A stretch of 40,128 bases of DNA, from positions 1 through 40,128 of the forward strand of contig CAYUUW010000010.1 of assembly GCA_964448005.1 (NCBI GenBank). The letters run 5' to 3'. Position numbers and translations under genes: made by a program. Below, in pieces: positions 1-9,944 of this stretch (within the stretch, counting starts at the first letter, position 1; every line of letters starts with the position of its first letter). Under the pieces are notes generated by a model. The model was not told the origin of the DNA. It ran no database searches and saw only the letters and a list, made by a program, of their open reading frames with translations. The stretch comes from an uncultured Candidatus Peribacteria bacterium. GTDB taxonomy: Bacteria; Patescibacteriota; Gracilibacteria; UM-FILTER-43-11.

Positions 1-1360
<1,360 letters not shown>

Positions 1361-1384
1361 TTGGTTGGGATTATTGAGAGTCTT

Positions 1385-1468
1385 GTGATTCCAATTGTGA
1401 TTCCAGTAGTGAAGCCGGTTGTGAAAACAATAGTGATAATCACAATTGGCATCACCATCGGTTTCACA
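1385..1468. repeat. Degenerate 12-nt periodic repeat (GTGANNNCNNNT; CCAATTGTGA / CCGGTTGTGA words) between the ftsH start and the serS stop
   Basis: Read directly: gtgattccaatt gtgattccagta gtgaagccggtt gtgaaaacaata gtgataatcaca ... A related array lies at 5077-5172. Confidence 0.6.
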
Positions 1469-2744
1469 ATGGGATGTTTTTCGGCTGGATTTTTGTTATT
1501 CCCGGCAAGTAGGGATGCAGCGCCTTTGGAATTGTAACAGATCCGTCGGCGTTTTGGTGATTTTCCAGCAAGGCCACCAGGGTGCGGGTGGAGGCCATGG
1601 CCGTGCCGTTGAGCGTGTGCAGCAGCTGGGTGCCGTTTTCGTCTTTGTAGCGGATGCCGCCTCGGCGGGCCTGGAAATCGGTGCAGTTGCTGGTGGAGGT
1701 CAGCTCCCGGTAGCAGCCCTGCGTGGGGATCCACACTTCGCAGTCATATTTCTTGGCCGCGGGCGCCCCCAGGTCCCCGCCGCAGATGTTGAGCACCTGG
1801 TAGGGGAGCTCCAGCTCCTGGAAAATCTCCTCCTCCAGGCTCAGCAGCAGCTCGTGCTCCTTCCACGATTCTGAGGGGTGGCAGAAGGAGAACATCTCCA
1901 TTTTGTCGAACTGGTGCACGCGCAGGATGCCCTTGGTGTCCTTTCCGTAGCTGCCCGCCTCGCGCCGGAAGCAGCTGGAGAAGCCGATGTAGCGCTTGGG
2001 AAGCTGCTCGGCTGGAATGGGCTTGGCCATGTGCAGGCCGGCCAGAGGCACTTCGGAAGTGCCCACCAGGTACAGGTCGTCTTCGCCGGGGTTCACGTGG
2101 TAGATTTCGCTACGGTCGGCGGGAAAGTAGCCCGTGGCGAACATCATGTTCTCCTTCACCAGCATGGGCACGGTGACGGGGGTAAAGCCGCGCTGGACGT
2201 ATTTGGCGAAGAGCCAATTGACCAGGGCGAATTCCAGCAGCACGGCCTCGTTCTTGAGGTAGTAGAAGCGCGCTCCGCTCGTCTCCGCGCCGGTCTCCAG
2301 ATCGATCAGGTCGAGGGCCTTTCCCAGTTCGATGTGGTCTTTGGGCTCAAAGTCGAACTGTCGGGGCGTGCCCACGGTGCGCACGACTACGTTTTCCTGG
2401 TCGCTTTTTCCTTCGGGCACGCTTTCGTGCGGGGGATTGGGAATCTGCAGGAGCAGCCCTTTCAGCTCCGCCGCCAACTGCTCCATTTCCTCCTCGGCTT
2501 GCTTCTGCCGTTCGCCCAGTTCCTTCATTTCGGCGATCTTGGCCTGCTTTTGGTCGTTGGGCAGGGTCGGGATTTCCTTGGAAACAGCGTTCTTCTGAGC
2601 CCGCATGTCCTCCGTTTTTTGGAGCGCGCGGCGGTGCTTTTCATCCAATTCCAATAGTTTGGGAATATCCACGGTCACTTGCTTTTTCTGGAAGCCGCTT
2701 TGGTAAAGGGGAATGTTTTCGCGCAGGTGCTTGAGGTCGATCAT
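1464..2744 (-). CDS. serS: Seryl-tRNA synthetase
   Basis: Part of ORF 1464..2975. Homology starts at [15 protein letters not shown] (ATG at 2744-2742). Class II motifs are present: [24 protein letters not shown] and [20 protein letters not shown]. The 77 upstream codons (HNPHNPNHPNHP...) translate the leader repeat. Confidence 0.92.
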   Translation of the reverse strand: MIDLKHLRENIPLYQSGFQKKQVTVDIPKLLELDEKHRRALQKTEDMRAQKNAVSKEIPTLPNDQKQAKIAEMKELGERQKQAEEEMEQLAAELKGLLLQIPNPPHESVPEGKSDQENVVVRTVGTPRQFDFEPKDHIELGKALDLIDLETGAETSGARFYYLKNEAVLLEFALVNWLFAKYVQRGFTPVTVPMLVKENMMFATGYFPADRSEIYHVNPGEDDLYLVGTSEVPLAGLHMAKPIPAEQLPKRYIGFSSCFRREAGSYGKDTKGILRVHQFDKMEMFSFCHPSESWKEHELLLSLEEEIFQELELPYQVLNICGGDLGAPAAKKYDCEVWIPTQGCYRELTSTSNCTDFQARRGGIRYKDENGTQLLHTLNGTAMASTRTLVALLENHQNADGSVTIPKALHPYLPGITKIQPKNIPL

Positions 2745-2809
2745 TGGGGTGGGATTATGGGGAGGGTCGGGATGATTGGGATGATTGGGATTATGGGGAT
2801 TATGGAGAG
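2745..2809 (-). repeat. 9-nt periodic, almost G-free (sense strand) leader repeat abutting the serS ATG
   Basis: The sense strand reads ctc cataatccc cataatccc aatcatccc aatcatccc gaccctccc cataatccc acccca ATG. Confidence 0.7.
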
Positions 2810-2820
2810 TTTCGCACCGC

Positions 2821-2873
2821 CTGTCATCCCGAGCCCCAAGGGGGCCACTCAGTGGCGCAGCCGAAGGATCTGC
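2821..2873. repeat. Hairpin-family element (GTCATCCCGAG...CCGAAGGATC variant)
   Basis: The sequence is ctgtcatcccgagccccaagggggccactcagtggcgcagccgaaggatctgc, an imperfect inverted repeat with an inner gccac/gtggc stem. Confidence 0.5.
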
Positions 2874-3098
2874 TTCCTCTCCTTGATTTTTGTGAGGAAA
2901 GTATACATTTTTTATGAATACATGCATATATCTTATAGATGCATAAATACAGGCCTGTCCCCATAAAGATGCCAATCTCTAAGGGTAATGCAATGTGCTA
3001 CATTGCATGAAATAGATTCGACTTTTTCTTTACAAAAATTAATTTTTAGGTTTAAAATAATAATCCTCCGTTCACGGCTCAATTCTTCATTTTTTTTC

Positions 3099-4196
3099 AT
3101 GGTCAACCCTGCTGAGGCCTACACCCCAGAGGAAAGAAGCCAGGCCCGAGAGACTCTGGACCATTTTCGTTGGCAGCTCCTGGCTTTTTTTGCCGATCGC
3201 CACGGAAAAATGCTGGAAGGCGGAGCGGAGCAGCTGGGGGAGGTGAGGGGCGAGCTGCAGAGGCTCTTCGATCTGTCGCCTTTCGCGGCCTACCTCATCC
3301 CCATGACAGAGGATTTCAACCTTTCTTTTCGCCCGGGGGCTGGCACGGAGGAGGATGAGGCTGGGTCAATCGAAGAGCCATCCTCATTCGATTGTTTCCA
3401 GTCCCCGGTACAGGCGCTGAAGGATCTGCAGCAAGAAGCCTCCTTCCCCCACCTTGATTTGACGGACGACGGAATGCTGAATGCGATGGTTCACAGGGGG
3501 GAGGAGTTTGTTCCTGACGCATTGTCCTTTGCGGACGAAGTTGCCAAATTCAGGGCTTCCATTCTGCTGATGAGAATAAGGGGCGAGTATGATGCCAAGA
3601 AAGTAAAAAGGCTGCTGGCCCATGTTTTGTCGGACTTCTTCAGGCGCTATGGGGTAGGGCCCCCCTTTCAATGGCAAACTCGCCAGCCACCTGCCGGACA
3701 CGCTTTTTTGGAGGGTCTTTTTCAGCGGTTGAGAGAGGAACTTGACTCTCCCTCCTCTGAATTGGGCTCTGTCGACGATTTGGATGATGAGTGCGAAGAA
3801 AAAGCCCTTTTGAATCACTTGGAATCAAATTTTTTGGATCTGGGCGCTTTTTTAAAGCTTTTGATGGGGGATGCTGACCAAATGCTTCAGGAAGAAGAGT
3901 GGTTGCCCGTCCTCACTGCTTGGGCTTTGCGATCATTCCTTCGGGGGCGGAAAGCTGGGCCTCTTTCAGCTTCAGCTCCTGCAGGGCCTTTTCCAGAATT
4001 CCCCTCACTTCCTCGGCTCCATTGGCCTGCATCAGCTGCATCCGCACCTCCTTGGCGCCGTCGAATCCTCGGCAGTACCAGGCCAGATGCTTGCGCATGG
4101 CGAAGAAGGCGTGGGTCATGTGCTTCTCCTCGAAGAGCTGCGAATGCTCCACGGCGGCTGCAAAGCGCTCCTCGATGCTTGGCTCGTGGCCGCTGA
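3099..4196 (+). CDS. Hypothetical acidic protein; the last ~94 codons overlap the convergent dus gene and look like antisense read-through
   Basis: Part of ORF 2988..4196; the first plausible ATG is at 3099 (MVNPAEAYTPEE...). No domain recognised. Composition turns R/A/P-rich after about 3910. Confidence 0.45.
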   Translation: MVNPAEAYTPEERSQARETLDHFRWQLLAFFADRHGKMLEGGAEQLGEVRGELQRLFDLSPFAAYLIPMTEDFNLSFRPGAGTEEDEAGSIEEPSSFDCFQSPVQALKDLQQEASFPHLDLTDDGMLNAMVHRGEEFVPDALSFADEVAKFRASILLMRIRGEYDAKKVKRLLAHVLSDFFRRYGVGPPFQWQTRQPPAGHAFLEGLFQRLREELDSPSSELGSVDDLDDECEEKALLNHLESNFLDLGAFLKLLMGDADQMLQEEEWLPVLTAWALRSFLRGRKAGPLSASAPAGPFPEFPSLPRLHWPASAASAPPWRRRILGSTRPDACAWRRRRGSCASPRRAANAPRRLQSAPRCLARGR

Positions 4197-5013
4197 AGAG
4201 CCAGGGGTTGCCGAAGGTGGCCCGGCCGATCAGCACGCCGTCCACGCCGTATTTTTCGATCCTCTCGCGCGCATCCGCCAATGAGGTCACATCGCCATTG
4301 CCCAAAAGCGTCACGCCCGCTTGGCGGCAGAGCCGGGCAGCCTTGGCGATCTCGTCCCAATCCGCCTGGCCCAGGTACATCTGCTTCAGGGTGCGTCCAT
4401 GCAGGCTCAGATTGGCGGGATGCTCTTCCAGCAGGGTGCCGATCCACCATTCGGTGACAGGGCTGTCGTAGCCGATGCGGGTTTTGACGGAAATCGGCAA
4501 GTGGTTCCGAGGCCCTTCCTCGGGCCTCATTAGCTTGAGATGGTTGATGACCTTGGGGCGAAGCTCCGCCTCTTCCAGCGTGATTCCGTTGGCCCAGTCC
4601 TGGGCCGCCTTTTGCGTCGCGTGGATGATCTGCCTGGCCCGATCGGGCAGGCGAATGAGCCCGGCGCCGGAGCCCCGGCGCGCCACCTTGTTGGCGGGGC
4701 ATCCCATGTTGATGTCGATTCCGTCGAAGCCCAAATGGCACACCATCAGAGCCACCTGGTAGAAGGATTCTGGCTCCACGCCGTAGATCTGCGCCACGCA
4801 GGGCCGTTCGATCTCGTCGTACTTGAAAGCTTCCAGCATGCTCACGGCGCCGCGCGCCAAGCCTTCCACGTTCGTGAATTCGGTCATCACCACGCTGGGC
4901 TTGCCGTGCTTGCTGCTCATGTAGCGGAAAGCCGCGTCGGTCACGCCGTCCATGGGGGAAAGGCCGATGATGGGGCGAGGGAGGGTTTCCCAGAAGCCTT
5001 TGGGGGGAGTCAC
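3913..5013 (-). CDS. dus: tRNA-dihydrouridine synthase (Dus family, FMN TIM barrel)
   Basis: The 366-aa ORF has LSPMDGVTDAAFR, FDGIDINMGCPANKV, SVKTRIGY and LSLHGRT, as in the Dus family. The start codon appears to be GTG at 5013-5011. Confidence 0.88.
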   Translation of the reverse strand: MTPPKGFWETLPRPIIGLSPMDGVTDAAFRYMSSKHGKPSVVMTEFTNVEGLARGAVSMLEAFKYDEIERPCVAQIYGVEPESFYQVALMVCHLGFDGIDINMGCPANKVARRGSGAGLIRLPDRARQIIHATQKAAQDWANGITLEEAELRPKVINHLKLMRPEEGPRNHLPISVKTRIGYDSPVTEWWIGTLLEEHPANLSLHGRTLKQMYLGQADWDEIAKAARLCRQAGVTLLGNGDVTSLADARERIEKYGVDGVLIGRATFGNPWLFSGHEPSIEERFAAAVEHSQLFEEKHMTHAFFAMRKHLAWYCRGFDGAKEVRMQLMQANGAEEVRGILEKALQELKLKEAQLSAPEGMIAKPKQ

Positions 5014-5076
5014 TATTTTTTTAGTTAAAAATTACGAATTAAGAATTAGCAATTTCCAAGCAAAGGTCCATTTTCC

Positions 5077-5172
5077 AATTGTGGACCGAACTGTAGCTCC
5101 AATTGTAGAAAAAAATGATTAAATCCACAATTGGGCCCACAACCGGAGCCACAATTGGTATCACAACCGGGT
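5077..5172. repeat. CAATTG-word repeat array (ccaattgtgg / ccacaattgg / ccacaaccgg, 12-nt period at the 3' side)
   Basis: Read directly: ccacaattgggc ccacaaccggag ccacaattggta tcacaaccgggt. Inverted partner words ccaattgtgg and ccaattgtag lie about 50 nt upstream. It sits between the dus start and the DUF167 stop. Confidence 0.6.
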
Positions 5173-5496
5173 TTCCACTTTCACCAGCTTCAGTCGATCC
5201 TTCTGGCCGCTGATAATGGTGACTTCGCTGGCTTTCAGGGATTTTTTGAGGAACTGGATCAGCTCGGCATTGGCCTTTCCGTCGGTCGCGGGGGCAGCCA
5301 GGCGAATCTTCCAGGTCCCGTCCTCCAGCCGCTCCACGATTTCGGTTTTGGGCGACTTGGGCATGGCTTTGACTTGCAGATAGAAAGGCTTCTTCTCCAA
5401 TTTTTTCCTTTCAAATTCTTCCAGGATTTTGGATTCAAATTGTCTATTATTTTTCATTCCGAGGGCACTCGAATAATGTTCTAAAAAATTGTTCAT
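5161..5496 (-). CDS. DUF167 / YggU-family protein (start uncertain: 5496 or 5457)
   Basis: FYLQVKAMPKSPKTEIV...LAAPATDGKANAELIQFLKKSL...VTIISGQKDRLKLVKV matches the YggU/UPF0235 pattern. Confidence 0.7.
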   Translation of the reverse strand: MNNFLEHYSSALGMKNNRQFESKILEEFERKKLEKKPFYLQVKAMPKSPKTEIVERLEDGTWKIRLAAPATDGKANAELIQFLKKSLKASEVTIISGQKDRLKLVKVETRL

Positions 5497-5606
5497 GAAT
5501 AAAAATTTTGATCAAAAATTCCCTCCCTTCCTAAAGCCCTTCGCAAAAGCACTTTACCTTTTCGGCGTATCCTCTGTATACTCGGGCCCTTCATTTCATA
5601 CCATTT

Positions 5607-6938
5607 ATGCCTTCCCCCTCTCTCCTTGGTTTGGTTTCGGATGCTGCTTCCCCCATGGAAACCGCAGCGCCTGAGGTGGAGCCGGCTCCGGATCTGGGCC
5701 GGATTCTTGAGGGCATTCTTGCTGGGGAATTGAATTTGGACGAAGCTTTGGCCAGGCCGCCTGAAGAGCGTTTCCATCTTCTTTCGGCTTTGCTGGAATC
5801 CAGGAAGCGATGGAGGGGTGAGCTTCAGGCCCTGCTGGAATCCTCGGGCGCAGGCTGCTTTCCGGCTTCCTTGGCTTTGAGGGCTTTGGAATGCGGCTAC
5901 CTGAAGGACGTGCTGCCCTACATGGATCGCTTTGAGGGCCTCAGTCCCTTCTTTCTGGATCAGGCGTTGGATAGGGTGGGCGACATCCGCGGTCTTTTCG
6001 CCGCCTTGGTGAAGCGGATGGAGAGCATCAGCAATCGGGTCGGCCTTGCCTTGGTTCGCTCCGGGCAGGCTGTGGCTGTGGCCACTCAGCTGCGTCATTT
6101 CTCCCCTCTCAATTCCGAGCTGGCTCAGGAGCTGAGCGCCTTGGGATTCCTTCGGCAGGTGCTCGGAGCTTCGCAGGCGACGGATGAATTTCGATTGAGG
6201 CTGATTCATCAGGCTATTTTTGGGGCTCCGGACCTTGAGAAAATCATATCGGATTACGACCTGATGAAAGGTCGCCTTAGGCTGGATAAGGATTTGGCTC
6301 GTCTGATTCTGGCTTCCGGAGAGGAATCCGCTTTGGATTTCTTTTTCGAAAACATTGCCGATTTTGACTCTTTGGATACGGAAATCGCCCAAGCCTTGAT
6401 TGGGGCGGGCGAGCTGGAGAGGCTTTTTGAGCATAGAGCTCATTTTGCCCTGAACTACGAGGCTTTGCCGGTGATTCCTATCGCTCAATTGGGCGGTCAT
6501 ATGGCAGCCGAACTGGCGTTCCAGGTTCCGCTTTCCGAGGACTTCCGCTACAGGCTGGCTGTGGCCTGCATCGATGTGGGGCAGGGGCTGGTTTTGGCGG
6601 AGCGAATGGAGGATTTTGGCCTGAGCGATCCGCTGAAGGCCCAGTGTCTGGCTTCTTTAAAAGCCAGGGGCTATGGCGAGGAGCTGCTTGCCCTTTTGAT
6701 GCGCCACACAAACCAAAGCGTGCTTCTTCTGCGCCCCTCGCTTATTTCAGCTGGCTCCTCCTCCATTTCTCGATCTGCGCATGGTGGCCGCCCAGCAGCA
6801 CCTCGGGCACTTTCATGCCTCGGAACTCCGGCGGGCGGGTGTAGTGGGGGTATTCCTTTTTGCGGTCGAGGCTTTTGGAGAAGCTTTCCTCCTGGTGCGA
6901 TTCGTTGTTGCCCAGGGCGCCAGGCACCAGGCGGCTGA
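5607..6938 (+). CDS. Hypothetical Leu/Ala/Glu-rich protein; the last ~65 codons overlap convergent trmD
   Basis: 443-aa ORF with no domain recognised. The tail after about 6740 is antisense to trmD. Confidence 0.45.
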   Translation: MPSPSLLGLVSDAASPMETAAPEVEPAPDLGRILEGILAGELNLDEALARPPEERFHLLSALLESRKRWRGELQALLESSGAGCFPASLALRALECGYLKDVLPYMDRFEGLSPFFLDQALDRVGDIRGLFAALVKRMESISNRVGLALVRSGQAVAVATQLRHFSPLNSELAQELSALGFLRQVLGASQATDEFRLRLIHQAIFGAPDLEKIISDYDLMKGRLRLDKDLARLILASGEESALDFFFENIADFDSLDTEIAQALIGAGELERLFEHRAHFALNYEALPVIPIAQLGGHMAAELAFQVPLSEDFRYRLAVACIDVGQGLVLAERMEDFGLSDPLKAQCLASLKARGYGEELLALLMRHTNQSVLLLRPSLISAGSSSISRSAHGGRPAAPRALSCLGTPAGGCSGGIPFCGRGFWRSFPPGAIRCCPGRQAPGG

Positions 6939-7392
6939 GCGCATCCACCACGACCATGGCGGCCAGCTCCCCGCCGGAGAGCACAAAATCGCCGATGGAA
7001 AGCTCCTGGTCCACCAGGGCATCGATCACGCGCTGATCTATGCCTTCGTAGTGCCCGCAAAGCAGGATTATTTGATCAAATTTTTTGTTCAGTTTTTCCA
7101 CGCGGGCCTGGGTGAGCCGCTCGCCTTTCGGCGTCAGGTAGATCACAGGGGCTTTGGGAGCCTGCTTCTTGACCGCCTCGATGCAATCGAATAAGGGCTG
7201 GGGGCTCATCACCATGCCGGCGCCGCCGCCGTAGGGCGTGTCGTCCACTTTCTTGTGCTTGTCGCTGGAATAGTCGCGGATGTTGTGCAGGATGATTTCG
7301 ATCACCCCTTTGCCCTGGGCTTTTTTCAGGATGGATTCGTTCAAGAAGCCGCTGAACATTTCCGGAAAGAGAGTGAGGATGTGGAATTTCAT
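6742..7392 (-). CDS. trmD: tRNA (guanine37-N1)-methyltransferase
   Basis: MKFHILTLFPEMF..., DDTPYGGGAGMVM, LLCGHYEGIDQRV and SIGDFVLSGGELAAMVVVDA. ATG at 7392-7390; the upstream 36 codons of the ORF are not conserved-looking. Confidence 0.93.
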   Translation of the reverse strand: MKFHILTLFPEMFSGFLNESILKKAQGKGVIEIILHNIRDYSSDKHKKVDDTPYGGGAGMVMSPQPLFDCIEAVKKQAPKAPVIYLTPKGERLTQARVEKLNKKFDQIILLCGHYEGIDQRVIDALVDQELSIGDFVLSGGELAAMVVVDALSRLVPGALGNNESHQEESFSKSLDRKKEYPHYTRPPEFRGMKVPEVLLGGHHAQIEKWRRSQLK

Positions 7393-7496
7393 GGGTGAGG
7401 CTAAATCGTCAGCCAGTTTAGCAGGATTGGGCCGCTGGGTCATGGGCTTGGCTGAATTTTGACTTTGCAGTGGCAAGGATAGAAAATTGCAAAAGC

Positions 7497-8024
7497 TCAA
7501 TCTCGAACGACCTTCTTGCCTTGGTGTATTTTTGCTGCATAGTAAATCAGGCTAGCCAAGAGTCCTGCCAGCAATGGCCCTAGGGCTAAGTAGACAAATC
7601 CGTATGCAACGGCTGCCCCTAAAAACCCTCCCCAAAGCTTGGAAAATATCGGATCAGCAATGGCCAGAAGGGGATTGAATGGACTGAGCACTGTTCCCAT
7701 TATGGCCAAAAGCCACCTGAGATTATTCAAGAGCACGGACAAATTCATAATGCCCAAAATCAAGGCCAGGATGAATCCCGCCCTAAAGATGCCTATGCTT
7801 AGCTTCCCCAATTTCTGAACTCCGTAGCTTCCCAGAACAAAAACAGTGATGGGCACGGCAATGGCTTCGAAAAGGGTCACTATATTGGTTGAAAAGTTAA
7901 GTTTGCGCACCAGAAAAACAGGCAGAGGGCTAAAGATGAGAATCAGCTCCAATACCGCAAGGAGCAGGAAGAATAGGGCGACTGGCGGGCTAATTCTCTT
8001 TTCGAATAATTTGAAGGGGCTCAT
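7497..8024 (-). CDS. Multi-pass membrane protein, unknown function (visibly lower GC)
   Basis: 175-aa ORF made of 4-5 hydrophobic segments. Confidence 0.6.
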   Translation of the reverse strand: MSPFKLFEKRISPPVALFFLLLAVLELILIFSPLPVFLVRKLNFSTNIVTLFEAIAVPITVFVLGSYGVQKLGKLSIGIFRAGFILALILGIMNLSVLLNNLRWLLAIMGTVLSPFNPLLAIADPIFSKLWGGFLGAAVAYGFVYLALGPLLAGLLASLIYYAAKIHQGKKVVRD

Positions 8025-8182
8025 TTTTCAGAAGTTAAATTCACCTCATGAGAACGGTCCTTATGCTGGAGCAGCCTTTCAGGCTGGTCCAGAATGATTC
8101 AAATGCTGAACCAATCACCATGATTGCCTCCAGCAAAAGCGGTAACTACTCAATAGTGGACCCATTTACAAAATTGCTCCAG

Positions 8183-8208
8183 CAAAAAACCGCTGGGAGG
8201 CGGTTTGG
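8183..8208 (-). terminator. Rho-independent terminator after the helicase gene
   Basis: The minus strand reads ccaaaccgcctcccagcggtttttt, with stem aaaccgc/gcggttt followed by a T run. It lies 30 nt past the stop at 8238. Confidence 0.55.
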
Positions 8209-8237
8209 GCTTGAGGGCTAGTTTTTGGGTTCTTGTC

Positions 8238-9482
8238 CTAGCGGTTCCATTTGGATTTCCTTCGCTTGAAGCCCCCGGGGGAGCGATTCTGGTGGATCGC
8301 TGCGTTTGGCTGAGGGGCGCCGGCCGTGGGATTGTGCGGGATGGGGCTGGCGTAGGGGTGCTCGTGGATGGGGTCGACGCTTTTGCCGATCAGCTTGTGG
8401 ATGTCCCGCAAATAAAGCCTTTCCTCAATGTCGCAGAAGGAGATGGCCTTGCCGCTGGCTCCCGCGCGGCCGGTGCGGCCGATGCGGTGCACATAGGTCT
8501 CCGGCACATTGGGCATGTCGAAGTTGATCACATGGCTCAGGCTGTCCACATCGATGCCTCGGGCGGCGATGTCCGTAGCCACCAGCACGCGGGTGCGGTT
8601 GCCTTTGAAGTTCTCCAAGGCCTTTTGGCGCGCGGCCTGGGATTTGTTCCCATGGATCGCCTCGGCCCGAATGCCGGCCTGCACCAGATGCTTGGCCACC
8701 TTGTTGGCGCCGTGCTTGGTGCGGGTGAAGAGCAGGGCGTTCTGGATGGCTGAATCCTGCAGCAGATGCAGGAGCAAGGCGTTCTTGTGGGTCTTTTCCA
8801 CAAAGTACACCGACTGGCCCACGGTCTCGGCCGTGGAGGAGACGGGGGCGACCGAAACGCTTTCCGGCTGATGCAGGATGGCGTGGGTCAGCTTGAGGAT
8901 CTCGGGCGGCATGGTCGCCGAAAGGAAGATCGATTGGCGCTTGGCGGGAAGCTTGGGGACGATTTTGCGAATGTCCACGATGAAGCCCATGTCCAGCATG
9001 CGGTCGGCTTCGTCCAGGACGAAGATCTCCACCTTGTCCAGCTTGATGAAGCCTTGGCCCATCAGATCGAGCAGGCGGCCCGGCGTGGCGATGAGGATAT
9101 CCACCCCGCTTTTGAGCTTGGCCACTTGAGGGTTCTGGTTCACGCCCCCGAAAATGACGGTGTGGCGCAGGGGCAGGAATTTTCCGTAGTCCCTAAAGCT
9201 TTCGCCGATCTGGATGGCCAGTTCCCGCGTGGGGGCCAGCACCAGGGCTCGGATCACATTCTTTTGGCCCGACGGGGAAGGGGATTGCGTGAGCTTTTGG
9301 AGAATAGGGAGGCTGAAGGCCGCCGTTTTGCCGGTTCCGGTTTGGGCGCATCCCAAAAGGTCTTTCCCCTGCAGCAGAATGGGGATCGATTGGGCTTGGA
9401 TGGGGGTGGGCTGGGTGTAACCGGTCTGGCGCAGGGCGTTCAGCAGGGGTTCAATCAGTTTCAGTTCAGAGAAAGAAGACAT
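8238..9482 (-). CDS. DEAD-box ATP-dependent RNA helicase (RhlE-like)
   Basis: Q-motif region [42 protein letters not shown], and [10 protein letters not shown]. Confidence 0.92.
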   Translation of the reverse strand: MSSFSELKLIEPLLNALRQTGYTQPTPIQAQSIPILLQGKDLLGCAQTGTGKTAAFSLPILQKLTQSPSPSGQKNVIRALVLAPTRELAIQIGESFRDYGKFLPLRHTVIFGGVNQNPQVAKLKSGVDILIATPGRLLDLMGQGFIKLDKVEIFVLDEADRMLDMGFIVDIRKIVPKLPAKRQSIFLSATMPPEILKLTHAILHQPESVSVAPVSSTAETVGQSVYFVEKTHKNALLLHLLQDSAIQNALLFTRTKHGANKVAKHLVQAGIRAEAIHGNKSQAARQKALENFKGNRTRVLVATDIAARGIDVDSLSHVINFDMPNVPETYVHRIGRTGRAGASGKAISFCDIEERLYLRDIHKLIGKSVDPIHEHPYASPIPHNPTAGAPQPNAAIHQNRSPGGFKRRKSKWNR

Positions 9483-9517
9483 CGTTAAGGATTTTTGTTT
9501 AAAGGCTAACGATTGCT

Positions 9518-9546
9518 ATAATACATATTTTATTGTTCTTTTGCAA
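9518..9546 (-). promoter_or_regulatory. Possible sigma70-type promoter for the helicase (TTGCAA-17-TATTAT on the minus strand)
   Basis: Hexamers read by eye, about 35 nt upstream of the ATG at 9482. Confidence 0.35.
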
Positions 9547-9670
9547 TTGTTTTATTTTGCGCAGCTCAATTAGCCTTGTTGATCGGATTGCTTGATGGCC
9601 TTCGACTGCTGCTAAGCTGCGCAAATCAGCGCCTCGAAAACTGGCTTTTTCGACGCCCAAAAATATTGTA

Positions 9671-9698
9671 TTGACATTTTTAATAATTTATATATAAT
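9671..9698 (+). promoter_or_regulatory. Near-consensus sigma70-type promoter (TTGACA, 16-nt spacer, TATAAT) with no downstream + strand CDS
   Basis: ttgaca at 9671-9676 and tataat at 9693-9698. Confidence 0.5.
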
Positions 9699-9702
9699 GC
9701 CC

Positions 9703-9944
9703 ATGTTGAATCTGCATGGTGACGGCACTCAGCTGAGGTGTGCGCACTCCTAAAACAAAGCCAAGCTCGTGAAAGGAAATGAGAGGTTGGCGAAAAAAAG
9801 GATTGTCGCCTTGCTGTGGTTAGGCCTCGGATTCAGCCTCGCGGAAAAAACCTCCTGATTTATGGAGGGGCAGGGCATAAGCCTTGCTGACAAAAACCGC
9901 ATTACGGGGGTGGAGGCATTTGCTTCCGCCCCCCCTTTTTTTTT
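9703..9944 (+). ncRNA. Candidate orphan small RNA (~240 nt) delimited by the promoter above and a strong terminator; class unknown
   Basis: No credible ORF. Several local hairpins are present: ccatg..catgg, ctcagctgag, gccaa..ttggc, ggcga..tcgcc and cctcc..ggagg. It ends in a GC-rich stem plus a T9 run. I saw no SRP, RNase P, tmRNA or riboswitch consensus. Confidence 0.3.
9905..9944. terminator. Terminator hairpin plus T9 (+ strand); probably shared with the convergent KsgA-like gene
   Basis: cgggggtggaggc attt gcttccgccccc followed by ttttttttt. The T run overlaps the stop codon at 9943-9945 of the minus-strand gene. Confidence 0.6.

Noticed and set aside
2745-2975. N-terminal extension of serS (HNPHNPNHPNHPDPPHNPTP...). 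Similar extensions occur on trmD, gatB, rfbA and the TPR gene ORFs.
   Set aside because: Family homology begins at the internal Met in each case. The extensions translate leader repeats or neighbouring genes.
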